DNA of 64,000 nucleotides from NCBI RefSeq assembly GCF_001194135.2, contig NC_068983.1, positions 59,478,508 through 59,542,507 on the forward strand. Direction: 5' to 3'. Origin of the DNA: Octopus bimaculoides (lineage: Eukaryota). Positions 40,611-52,034 of this stretch are shown piece after piece; positions within the stretch are counted from its first letter, which is position 1, and each line of letters starts with the position of its first letter. The notes below the pieces were generated by a model. The model made no database searches, was not told the DNA's origin, and worked only from the letters and a program-made list of their open reading frames with translations. The position numbers were made by a program, and so were the translations under genes.

Positions 40611-40830
40611 ACCTTTAGCATTCAGATTACTTTACCAAATGTAATGCTTATTTATTCATATTGCTTTAAATTAATCATACTTTATCTTGTAGTTTTCAGA
40701 TTTCAATGATGTGATTGTTTAGTTTTAAAATGACATTGTAGAGTATGTGTGAGAGACCAGATCTGCCCTGTATGAACATAAAGTATGTAGAATATTTGGG
40801 CCTGATACAGCCAGTTTATATGCTAAAGGG
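40611..40830. mobile_element. piggyBac-like MITE, second family
   Basis: TTAA|ACCTTTAGCATTCAG ... TGCTAAAGGG|TTAA; near-complete copy at 61493-61712. Confidence 0.7.
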
Positions 40831-41388
40831 TTAAACAGCTATAGTTTTCATGGGGGTCATTATCTTAGTATGCTGACATTGAAAATGAGACACTGGAATT
40901 CTGTTTCAAAACTGAAATAAGGCTGAGATCTGCAATACAAGAATTCAAATTAGTCATCAATATATAAATGCATAATTGATAGTGACATTGTTACAGAAGG
41001 CGAACAGCATCATTTTAATTTCCAAATCTGCCTTAACGAGCTCTATCTGACTCATGCAAGCATGGAAAAATGAACATTAAACAATGATGACAACTGTATG
41101 TTCAAGAACTACACTAGATACTGTGTTGTAAGTGGAGTCACTAAACTAAATATATCCTACCAATTTTGTATGCACTAGAATTTTCCAATGATAGAAGTTT
41201 CTTCTTTACATTTATACCATCAATTTACTCAATTCAGACAAATTTCTATAAACATACTTATGGTCTAGTGCTTATTTTATTTTATCCAATTTTATGTTTT
41301 GAACCATTAAGAACAGCTACAAGTACCACCAAGCAAAGTGAGAGTGGCAGAATCATGTATTTGTATGTGTATCCATCTATAGCTACAA

Positions 41389-41444
<56 letters not shown>

Positions 41445-42944
41445 TTCATGCATACATACATATTATATATATATGCACACATACACACAAATACATACAT
41501 GTGTATGTTTTTAATGTAATGTGTATATTTTCAAGAATATTTCTACATTAATCTTCTAGTAATATATTGGACGGTTTCTTATAACTGAAATATTTGCTGA
41601 ATCTCTTGAGCCTGGCTAGTAGCACTGGCATGACATTCCCATCATGTACATTAATCATACCAAAATATGCTTATTTGATTACGTTGGCAAAACTGTCTCA
41701 CAAAATGACAACAATGTTCAATCACACATAAACTCTAAACTGAACCAATTTTTGAGCACTATATGAGGGTTTCTAATACAATGTTTAAAAATAAGTATAT
41801 TTTAAGAACAATGAAATTTTATAGAACAATAAATTAATATACATCTCTGATATTCAACTGTTATAAGGTTTTTGTTACATTGAATTACATCATTATGAAA
41901 ATGCCTTTTGTTCAATAAATTTGTATATAGGTATATTACCAATTTTCTGGCAAGTGATGATCCAGTATCTCTTTTAATCCATAATGATGTTAAGACAAAT
42001 TTCTCTTAAATATTCTTCATAACTTTCACTACCAAGCCTTCACAGCACACTTTGTTTATTCACTAGTAACATATTGTGAAGGTAGAAACACTCCCTATAC
42101 TTGCTAAAATAATATGGAAGATTCAAATGTTTAAAACTAAATCTAACACCATCTACTAACCCCCTAAGAACCCTTAGTCTGAAGAGGGAGTTAATAACTT
42201 ACCTTCATTGCAGAGAATATAGTATACCAATTAGAAAAAGGAAAAAGGTAAATATATTCCATTCACAGTTAAATTCCAAGAGAGGTTCCAGTGGTTAGGA
42301 AGTTAACAGGTGACATTAAAGTGTACTTCAAATATTTCCAACTTCTTATGATTAGAGTTGAAGGGTTGAATGTTTCCAACTTTTAATTAATGAAAAAAAA
42401 AAAGGTATGTCATGAAGGTTTAGTAGTCATAGCATGGCAGCTGTCTTCTAAGAATGTTCTGAGAATTATTATTATATGTTTTATATCTTAAAACAAATGC
42501 ATTGTTTCTCTTTCACTTGTTTTATCAATTGGTCAACCACTTAACTAATTGATTACTTGATTAACCATTTGGTCATCAATCAATGGTCCCAGAGTGGACA
42601 GACACCTGGAATAGCAAGGGCAAATCATGGATGAGGTCACAAATGGTGACAAGAGAACTGACAAACCTAACCAGTTAATTGACTGAATGATTACTCCGTC
42701 AGTTAATCAGTTAACTAATTGGCAAAGAATAAATGAAATTAAATAAACTGGTGTGTTTATTATTGGTATAATGATTTCAGCAAACAATTTCACTGCAAGA
42801 ATCTTGCAAACCAAATACAAAAACGTTATTATATGGCCTTTTTTAATCCAGCATGAGATTGAAACTAAGGATGCTGGAAAATGGGTAGAATACCTGTATT
42901 TAACATTTTAAATTCAATCATTTTAATAATCTTTCTCATTATTA

Positions 42945-42980
42945 ACTGTTGTTTCTTTCTTTCTCTTTTTCTAGGTAAGT
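42945..42980 (+). promoter_or_regulatory. candidate recursive splice (ratchet) site: polypyrimidine tract-AG|GTAAGT
   Basis: ATTAACTGTTGTTTCTTTCTTTCTCTTTTTCTAG|GTAAGT; AG at 42973-42974 is immediately followed by a perfect donor consensus. Confidence 0.45.
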
Positions 42981-43714
42981 TGAAACTTATTCTGTTCTAT
43001 CTTTCAAATATATTCACTTTCAAAATATAAAACACAGGTAAGAAACTTGACCTACATTCTAAACTTAATAACCACAACAAAATAATTCAGAAGGAAGAAA
43101 AAAATCTATAAATTTGTTGTATCACATCAATAAACAAAATATTTTCATAACATTCTCTTTCTTGTTCGGATATTCCACAACTGAAGATTCCTCCTGCAAT
43201 TATTTTAAATTGCAGACATTTTCTTTCACCTCTTTCCTCTGGCAATATTCTTGGGGAAAGTATATTACTATTTCCACAGAAGTAGAGCTTTGTTTAAACT
43301 GTGATAAGCATTAAAATCACATACTGCAAAAAATATCAAAAGCCCATTTGACATGCACACACCACACACATACATAGTAATCTTTCATTTTACAATCAGA
43401 AAACAAGTGAAAATATTGATATTCTGCAGTTTCCATGTAGACATACTAACTAGGTACCTCCTACCCATTTTTTCTCCAAGAATTTCTTCAGATTCCAATG
43501 GGTCTTTTAGCACAAAAAAATGTAAAAAAACAGCTTTTCAAATTATTAATACTCATCACTCAGTTTTTATTTTTCTTAATTTCATGTTAAAAAACATGAT
43601 GATTATGATGTGGAAAATTTTTTCTCTAGTTTCATTTTTTAAAGCCAATGTGCTTACAATAATTTTTCACTTTTGCTTAGTGATTGTAAAACAAAAAGAA
43701 TACCACACACACAT

Positions 43715-43759
<45 letters not shown>

Positions 43760-45443
43760 CATGCATGTCTAATACGCAATGGTAATTTAAATGATACAAG
43801 GAATTGAATATAATCAAGAATTTGAAAATTTGTACTTAATATTTCTTATCAAGAAAAAAAGAAAAACAATTTGTTAACGAGCTAAAGGCATGAGTATAAC
43901 TTTTTCTAAGTAATCCAAGAATTGTAAAATGTTAAAGTGGATGATTGTTAATGTAAATTTAAGGTAAAAGAGATTAGAATCAAGCAAAAATTTTATTCTT
44001 TAAGCTATTTATATTTTTCTAAAAAATTCTATAGAAATGTTAATGGACAGACTTTTAGTTTTTAGTGAAATATTTGAGAATTTGAAGAAAAGTATTTATG
44101 TACCTTTTAGTTTGTCTTCTAAAAAATTGGCTAAAGAATTCTATATATCAAAATATCTGTGGTAAAGACAGTGTTTAGCATTTCTAACAGATGTGTCTTA
44201 TGAAATTTTTCAATCTGAATACTTATTGTATAATTGATGGGACATTCCTATGGAATCAGATATCTAGTGTGCTAATTTCTTTGTGTCTGTACATTTTAAG
44301 CATTCTGCAAAAAGAAAAAAGAAAATATGTTGGGTGAGAACAAGTTTTGCTCCCCACCCATCCATTTCCTTTCTGTAATTTTCCAGTCTTAACGTTCTTT
44401 CAAACATTTTATCTACACTGAAGTCTTAGAAGCATTTCAGGTACATATAACTGCAGGAATTTTTGTTTTTCCACATATCATTTTGGTTTCATTATCAATC
44501 CTACAGATTTATGTATTTAACACCAAAGATTGCCCATCATTTTTTTTAACAACCATCAATTTGGTATTCCTACAGAATCAAATAGAAAATTATCTAATAC
44601 ACCAAAAACTAACTTCCTAAGACATATATACCCTAAGCATTAACAATCACTAAAAAAAAGTTGGAGAATTCCAGCCACCCATTCTTCTCCTCTGTAAATT
44701 TTCAGTTTCACCATTTTCAAAAATTTGGTAAATTTCTGCAATTACACCTGTCTCTCACAGGTGTAATTTCAATTTTTGTCTAAAATTTTGTATTATTTTA
44801 TCAATTTTTCCATTTTTGACTTCCAAATTCAGTAAATTTTTACTATTACACCCAACTCATGAAATGTATATAAAAGAAAAATTTAGATTTTTGGAAGAAC
44901 TATCAATATTTTATAGAGAAGAAAAAAACGAACAAGGAATTACGTAGTTGTTTCATTCTATGAAAAATTTTGCTAAAAAAAAATAAAAACAGGATTTAGA
45001 AGCTGGTATTTTCTGCATGAGAGAAGTTTATCACAAAATGAAAGCAAAATCGTTAGGAAGAGGAATTTTTATTAAACAAAAGAAAGCAAAGCATTACGAC
45101 GACCAAAGTTTTAAGAATTTCTGATGTTTTCATAAGCTTTAATGAATAGCGTCATGTGAAACAGTCGAACAGATATGTAAATAATTTAAAAAGGAAAAAA
45201 AATCCTCAACAAAGTTTTTCGAGCAAAATTGCACAAATCTGTCCTGATCAAGAGGCCTATCTGTTGAGGAAGGCATGCTCTGACATAGAATAAACAAAAC
45301 TTTATCTAAGACATTCTATTCTAAAAGTTGCCTGGCAATGACGGACTATTCAGCTAGGATATATATATACATATATAACCAATCGCTATGGTTGATCGCT
45401 AAATCCCCACGTTTTTTTGCTCTCTGTTTATTTTCTCTAATTC

Positions 45444-45479
45444 CTTTCTGTTGAAGAGCCTAGGCTCGAAACATAAAAG
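45444..45479 (+). ncRNA. degenerate minimal hammerhead motif
   Basis: CTTT-CTGTTGA-A GAGC CTAG GCTC-GAAA-CA-TA-AAAG; stems I and II intact, A6>U in the core. Confidence 0.5.
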
Positions 45480-45564
45480 ACTTTCTCACTTTCCTGAGCA
45501 TCAAACTAATACACCTGCTTGTTGTTCATACACCTGTCTTTATCTTTTGCTTTTCTGTAAATTT

Positions 45565-45605
<41 letters not shown>

Positions 45606-46389
45606 NNNNNNNNNNNNNNNNNNNNNNNNNNNNNNNNNNNNNNNNNNNNNNNNNNNNNNNNNNNNNNNNNNNNNNNNNNNNNNNNNNNNNNNNNNNNNNN
45701 NNNNNNNNNNNNNNNNNNNNNNNNNNNNNNNNNNNNNNNNNNNNNNNNNNNNNNNNNNNNNNNNNNNNNNNNNNNNNNNNNNNNNNNNNNNNNNNNNNNN
45801 NNNNNNNNNNNNNNNNNNNNNNNNNNNNNNNNNNNNNNNNNNNNNNNNNNNNNNNNNNNNNNNNNNNNNNNNNNNNNNNNNNNNNNNNNNNNNNNNNNNN
45901 NNNNNNNNNNNNNNNNNNNNNNNNNNNNNNNNNNNNNNNNNNNNNNNNNNNNNNNNNNNNNNNNNNNNNNNNNNNNNNNNNNNNNNNNNNNNNNNNNNNN
46001 NNNNNNNNNNNNNNNNNNNNNNNNNNNNNNNNNNNNNNNNNNNNNNNNNNNNNNNNNNNNNNNNNNNNNNNNNNNNNNNNNNNNNNNNNNNNNNNNNNNN
46101 NNNNNNNNNNNNNNNNNNNNNNNNNNNNNNNNNNNNNNNNNNNNNNNNNNNNNNNNNNNNNNNNNNNNNNNNNNNNNNNNNNNNNNNNNNNNNNNNNNNN
46201 NNNNNNNNNNNNNNNNNNNNNNNNNNNNNNNNNNNNNNNNNNNNNNNNNNNNNNNNNNNNNNNNNNNNNNNNNNNNNNNNNNNNNNNNNNNNNNNNNNNN
46301 NNNNNNNNNNNNNNNNNNNNNNNNNNNNNNNNNNNNNNNNNNNNNNNNNNNNNNNNNNNNNNNNNNNNNNNNNNNNNNNNNNNNNNNNN

Positions 46390-46707
46390 ACAGCGTAATT
46401 TATTATATAAACAACATATGCGAATAAATTACGATTAAACCGGATGAAATATGTCACAGGGAATAACATTTTTATGACCGCCCAGCAGTAACTCTATTCA
46501 GCTGAATAGACGTCAGTGATTGGTTGAAATTACAGAAATACGACAACTTTAACATGGAATAACTTGCGAATTCCTTTTTTTTTTTGTTAAGAAGACTAAG
46601 AGTAAAAGATATTTTATATGACACATTCTACCAGTGTCCCAAGTTTCAAAGTGTTTCGTTAGTGTTTCGTTAAGAAAATACTGGTGCCCCCGTTTTGAAC
46701 AAGATCC
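46390..46707 (+). mobile_element. right half of a GGATC-terminal MITE (same family as 50151-50793); left end lies in the gap
   Basis: Near-identical to 50479-50793 over about 315 bp; ends in ACTGGTGCCCCCGTTTTGAACAAGATCC. Confidence 0.85.
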
Positions 46708-47040
46708 GTGCCTGGTAATTCATTTGAATACAAAATATTTGAGAAAGCATTATTTTAAGATAAAGGGTAAGAAGCACCAAAAGAAAGTTTCTGTAGAGTT
46801 TGAAATGTTGTTGCATTCATTTTTTTGTTTATATTTTAAAGGATGAAAATGCCATTCTAAGTGCAAAAGAACATCTCCATATATTTACATCGATGAATCT
46901 GGTTGTCAGGTACATTATGAAAAACATGAAAATAAGAGAGAGAAAATTAATAAAAATTTCACCACTTACATTAATTTTTGCGACCGAAACCAGCGAAAAG
47001 GTTTTTCAGTATTACGTACATGCGTGTGTAGACACGGGAA

Positions 47041-47072
47041 TATGTATGTATGTATGTGTGTATGTATGTATG

Positions 47073-47150
<78 letters not shown>
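47041..47150. repeat. (ATGT)n/(GATA)n microsatellite
   Basis: Directly visible. Confidence 0.98.
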
Positions 47151-47151
<1 letters not shown>

Positions 47152-47241
47152 ATTTATATAAATAAGGATAAGATCGTTATTTAAAACACCAATCTTATCG
47201 GGTGGCCAGCTTGGGAATAAAAACCTCAAAGTAATAATTAT

Positions 47242-47517
47242 TATTAAAATTATAATTAAAGGTATCTAAGAGATACCACCATGCTGGAAATAGCTGTTGA
47301 AACTTAACTCTAAAACCACATTAAATGTTCATACGGCACCAGGAGAGAAGACAAAGAGACAAAATAAACTAGCAAAAAAATTATTGATAGCTTATTTTGT
47401 CTCTTTGTCTTCTCTCTTGGTGCCGTATGAACATTTAATGTGGTTTTAGAGTCAAGTTTCAACTGCTATTTCCAGCATGATGGTATCTCTTAGATATCCT
47501 TAATTATAATTTTAATA
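47242..47517. repeat. long near-perfect palindrome (126-bp arms, 24-bp spacer)
   Basis: 47242-47367 versus the reverse complement of 47392-47517; about 6 mismatches. Confidence 0.95.
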
Positions 47518-47907
47518 TATAGATAGATAGATAGATGGATAGATATCATTAGAGGATATGTTAACCTCATAAGGGGATGGTTACATCCAAGGGACTACTG
47601 GTTCAGTACCTAGTATTATTGAGAATAAAACTCCCTTAAAACAATAAATGCGCCTATTGTATGTAAATTTATATCGCGGATTCCTCAATATATCGCGATA
47701 TCGCGGTTTTATGCGGCCGATAGGTATTTATATTTTTGTAGATTTTAATCATTTCTGGGGTAAAATAAACACTTTAACGCCTTAAAATTAATAAATAAAA
47801 AGGCGATCTTTCGATACCAGTCCGAAATATCGGCTTTTTCCGTAAAAAGTGTCTTCGGCGATCTTTACCAAAGATCGGCTTTTCCGTAACACCCGCACGA
47901 TCTTCAC

Positions 47908-48021
47908 TAGGGTGTTAGAGTTAGGGTTTTAGGGTTAGTTTTAGGGTTAGGGTTAGTGTTTAGGGTTACGGTTACGGTTAGGGACGGAATTCCCAAACCC
48001 TAACCCTAACCCTAACTCTAA
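47908..48021. repeat. head-to-head telomere-like arrays (TTAGGG/TTACGG)n ... (CCCTAA)n
   Basis: Directly visible, with a short GACGGAATTCCCAAA-type spacer. Confidence 0.85.
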
Positions 48022-48310
48022 GCCTTTCAAAAGAAATCGCGCTCTCTGTATATCTTTCGCTTTTACGACGTCGTTTCCCTCTTTCCCTCCAACACTTTTC
48101 GCCAATAAAAAAAACAATACTGTACTGTATAACACATTAAAATATATCAAAAGAAATACGTAGTGTACCGTAGATGAGTAAACAAAGAATCGCACGTACT
48201 GTATGGAAAATGAAACTCGGGAGACACTAAAAAGAGAAGATACGGGTACTCCTAAGAGTGTGAGGAGAGTTTATAAAAGCGTAAATATATCAAAATAATA
48301 AAATAAATAG

Positions 48311-49192
48311 ATACAAATAGCCACTCTTGCAAGCTACGCAGACGATACGAAAGTCTCACAGAAAATACAGAACTCCAGTGATGTTGCACACTTGCAGCAG
48401 GAGTTGGACTCAGTTTACAGATGGGCTGAGGATAATAATATGCAGTTTAATGCTGAAAAATTCCAAGCCCTGCGCTACCAACGTCCAAAACTGAATATGA
48501 AACTTACAGAGTACACTGGTCCGCAGGGAATTTCAATCCCAGAGCCTAAATCAGTGAGAGACCTGGGTATCGACATGAGTGATGATACCTCTTTCCAAGT
48601 GCACATTACCAGGATGGCAACAAAGTGCAGACGATTGGCTGGATGGATCCTGAGAACATTCAGAACCAGAGNNNNNNNNNNNNNNNNNNNNNNNNNNNNN
48701 NNNNNNNNNNNNNNNNNNNNNNNNNNNNNNNNNNNNNNNNNNNNNNNNNNNNNNNNNNNNNNNNNNNNNNNNNNNNNNNNNNNNNNNNNNNNNNNNNNNN
48801 NNNNNNNNNNNNNNNNNNNNNNNNNNNNNNNNNNNNNNNNNNNNNNNNNNNNNNNNNNNNNNNNNNNNNNNNNNNNNNNNNNNNNNNNNNNNNNNNNNNN
48901 NNNNNNNNNNNNNNNNNNNNNNNNNNNNNNNNNNNNNNNNNNNNNNNNNNNNNNNNNNNNNNNNNNNNNNNNNNNNNNNNNNNNNNNNNNNNNNNNNNNN
49001 NNNNNNNNNNNNNNNNNNNNNNGATGAACCTACCTCGCGGCAGGAGGTGCAAATGAGGGTTGCTAAATCAAACTCCATTCTTCACCAAGTGCCACATATT
49101 GTAAGAGGCTCCCTGTAATAACAGTGTAGCAACACGGCGGTGCATCAGCATGGCTGCAGCTCTATGCTGAAACTATTAAAAAAAAAAAAAAA
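48311..49192 (+). mobile_element. 5'-truncated CR1/L2-group LINE: RT domain with YADD, gap, C-terminus, 3' UTR and poly(A)
   Basis: Open frame IQIATLASYADDTKVSQKI...LQQELDSVYRWAEDNNMQFNAEKFQAL...VRDLGI...LRTF. After the gap, DEPTSRQEVQMRVAKSNSILHQ...* then an A run at about 49178-49192. Confidence 0.92.
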
Positions 49193-49280
49193 TTGTAAAA
49201 ATAGTTTGGCTATCTTTCGATTTGCTGTGAGAAAGCGTCAACTGAAAGCACATGGGTTTTGTTTACATCTAATCGGCCTG

Positions 49281-49304
49281 TTAGGGTTAGGGTTAGGGTT
49301 AGGG
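49281..49304 (+). repeat. perfect (TTAGGG)4, canonical G-quadruplex-forming motif
   Basis: Directly visible. Confidence 0.9.
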
Positions 49305-49317
49305 TTTTTAAAAATAC

Positions 49318-49400
49318 AGTATAGTTTCTACTTTGCGGATTTTCACCTATCCCGGGAGGATTTGGAACGTTACACCCGCGATAGTCGAGGGATTTTTGTA
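49318..49400. mobile_element. Tigger/pogo-like MITE terminus
   Basis: GCGGATTTTCACCTAT...CCCGCGATAGTCGAGGGAT...TA resembles Tigger-type right ends; CG-rich TATCGCGG repeats at 47670-47710 may be the left subterminal region. Confidence 0.4.
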
Positions 49401-50150
49401 TATCTTTTGCACACACACGCGTATTTATGAAAAATCTCTAACCAAATATCCAAATGTATGAAAAAAATTCAATAAAGTTCGCCAAAATCAAAGACAAAGA
49501 TGAATAAATTGCCAATGAAAATATAAAAAGAAAATAAAGATAGGAAGGTTTGGTTTGCTTATCTGAAAACATCGTTGACATACGAATGGGTGTTTCTTCA
49601 AACACAGCAAATGATATTTAAGTTCTACTTCTATATAGGATTGTTTGAGAAATTGCAGTTTGAATATTTACATACGCTGATATTTATTGATACTTACAAC
49701 TAAAATATAGTTAAGTGATATGAAATTTAAATGTAGCCATGACCCAACCACTTGTTAGTCTATAGAATTGTCAGTAGTTCTTCAGCTGTCATTCATATTA
49801 AAACAAAATCGCAGTACAATAAATCAATGAAGCCATATCTAAGACTGAACTGGTTTCTCTCTACTGCACTGAATATCGTGTAAAGCGACACTTGCTCGTC
49901 TCAGATATTTCTGTGGATTTTTTTTTTTTTTTTTGCATTTCTTTTTATTATTTATGAAGTAAAAATTTTTAGTAAACATTATTATTATCATCGCAAAGGA
50001 GGTGAGCTAGCAAAATCGTTATAGCATTGAAAGAAAATGCTTAGTTGCATGTTCCTACTCTTTACATTCTGAGCAGAAACACTCCTCCGGTTGACAATGT
50101 CTTTCATCCTTTCTAAGAGTCGATAAAAGTATTAATTTAGTACTGGGGTC

Positions 50151-50793
50151 GGATCTATTTTAAAACGGGGGCGCCAGTTTTCATTTATGTTTTATGTAGT
50201 ATTTTTGGTACGGAAAGACTTTCAAACTTCGTATACTTATCTATTTTGTGTTATAGAACAGAAAAATATTTTTGTATTCGAATTCATTTCATGTAAAAAA
50301 TTGTCTTATTTCGATAATTTCTACTAATCGCTGACGTCTATTCAGTTGAAAACAGTTAGCGCCGTAACGGTGTATATCGTATTAATCCCCTAACCCTAAC
50401 TAGACTGTTAACCGTAACCGTAACCGTAACCCTAACTCTAGAATCCGAACTCTAAAATTGTTACACACATAGATACGCACAGCGTAATTTATTATATAAA
50501 CAATATATGCGTATAAATTACGATTAAACCGGATGAAATATGTCACAGGGAATAACATTTTTATGACCGCCCAGCAGTAACTCTATTCAGCTGAATAGAC
50601 GTCAGTGATTGGTTGAAATTACAGAAATACGACAACTTTAACATGGAATAACTTGCGAATTCCTTTTTTTTGTTAAGAAGACTAAGAGTAAAAGATGTTT
50701 TATATGACACATTCTACCAGTGTCCCAAGTTTCAAAGTGTTTCGTTAGTGTTTCGTTAAGAAAATACTGGCGCCCCCGTTTTAAAATAGATCC
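50151..50793. mobile_element. 643-bp MITE with perfect 28-bp TIRs and 8-bp TSD (Merlin-like or hAT), inserted in a family A SINE
   Basis: TIR GGATCTATTTTAAAACGGGGGCGCCAGT at 50151-50178 and 50766-50793; TSD CTGGGGTC at 50143-50150 and 50794-50801. Confidence 0.92.
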
Positions 50794-51714
50794 CTGGGGT
50801 CGATGTAATTGACAAACTCCTCTCTCTAAAGTTGCTGGCCTTGTTGTTATTGTGGTTGGTGAGCTGGCAGAATTGTTTGCATGATTTACATTTTTTTTAT
50901 TTTTGCATTAGGTTTAAAAGCTTATTATATTGTAAGAGTTGACATATATTCATCGATAGCGTAAAAGGTTATACGAGTGTCAATATATTGGGACGATGTT
51001 TAGGCTGCGTGTTGCCCTATATTAAAACCGACTGCAAATGTTGTTGAATAACGTTTATTTTTACTGGAGTATATTGCAATATTTACATAATTATATAGAT
51101 GCTTCCAAGAAGTACATTATATTAAGAGCAGAGAGTAGTTCCGAAATTAGATTAGATAACAGGAAAAAAAATGCTTCGGATGAGAGGCGGGAAAAATACG
51201 GTAAATTTTTAGCGACCAAGTATCCTCTGTGCTTTCGCGTTGTTGCTTATATAATCCCATTTTACACGGGAATCGCTAAACGCGCTAGAACATTCTCTAA
51301 TATGGGTAACATTTCTGATTGCTTGATTTTACGAACAGGTCACCAGAGCTATGTGTGGTCTGTTTCTAGATACTAAAGCTGTAAGGTTTCGACTCTAGGC
51401 CTCTCAACAACAGGAAGAAAAGTAGACAGATAGATAGATAGATAAACAGAAATCAAAATCTTTAATGACAACTTTGAAAATTTTTACTAATGAATATAAA
51501 TCAAAATTTTGATTCCTATTCGGTTTATCTATCTTTGGTGGTGGTGGTGGCATGAGTAGGGACATGGGTTAATCAAGATGGTGTGGGAGATCGGTAGGGA
51601 TATTGGAGGTGGCGGTAGTAGTAGTGTTAGTAGGGATATTGATTAAAGGAGGTTGTCAGACAGCGTAAAGTGGAGTTTTTTTGTGTTTATTTTCATATTA
51701 CTCCACCCCCACTT

Positions 51715-51726
51715 CACGCATGCGCT
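51715..51726. promoter_or_regulatory. NRF1/ewg-like motif CACGCATGCGCT in a CpG-retaining region; candidate promoter
   Basis: Close match to the GCGCATGCGC consensus; E2F-like GGCGGGAAAA at 51186-51195. Confidence 0.3.
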
Positions 51727-51988
51727 TTAGCGCAATAAATTATCGTCTGCTCCACTGAAACTTTACAAATATGAATAACAGACGATGGAAGCGAACGAGA
51801 AATAATGAGAAGGTTTATAGTAAGGTGGTTCTAGAATTTTATTCAAATAACCATCGTAACTTTACTAATATACTGTAGCAGAATAATATCGATAATGTTT
51901 TGATAGAAACTTAAACATTATCTACCATGTTTTCTAAGACTTTGGTCACCTTTTGCAATTGAATATTTCTACCATTTGAGGACATGTT

Positions 51989-51992
<4 letters not shown>

Positions 51993-52034
<42 letters not shown>

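Noticed and set aside
51375-51415. Minus-strand TTGTTGA...GAAACCTTACAG hammerhead-like motif
   Set aside because: Two core substitutions, a poor stem II and no downstream (TA)n; at best a decayed relative of the 45444 family.
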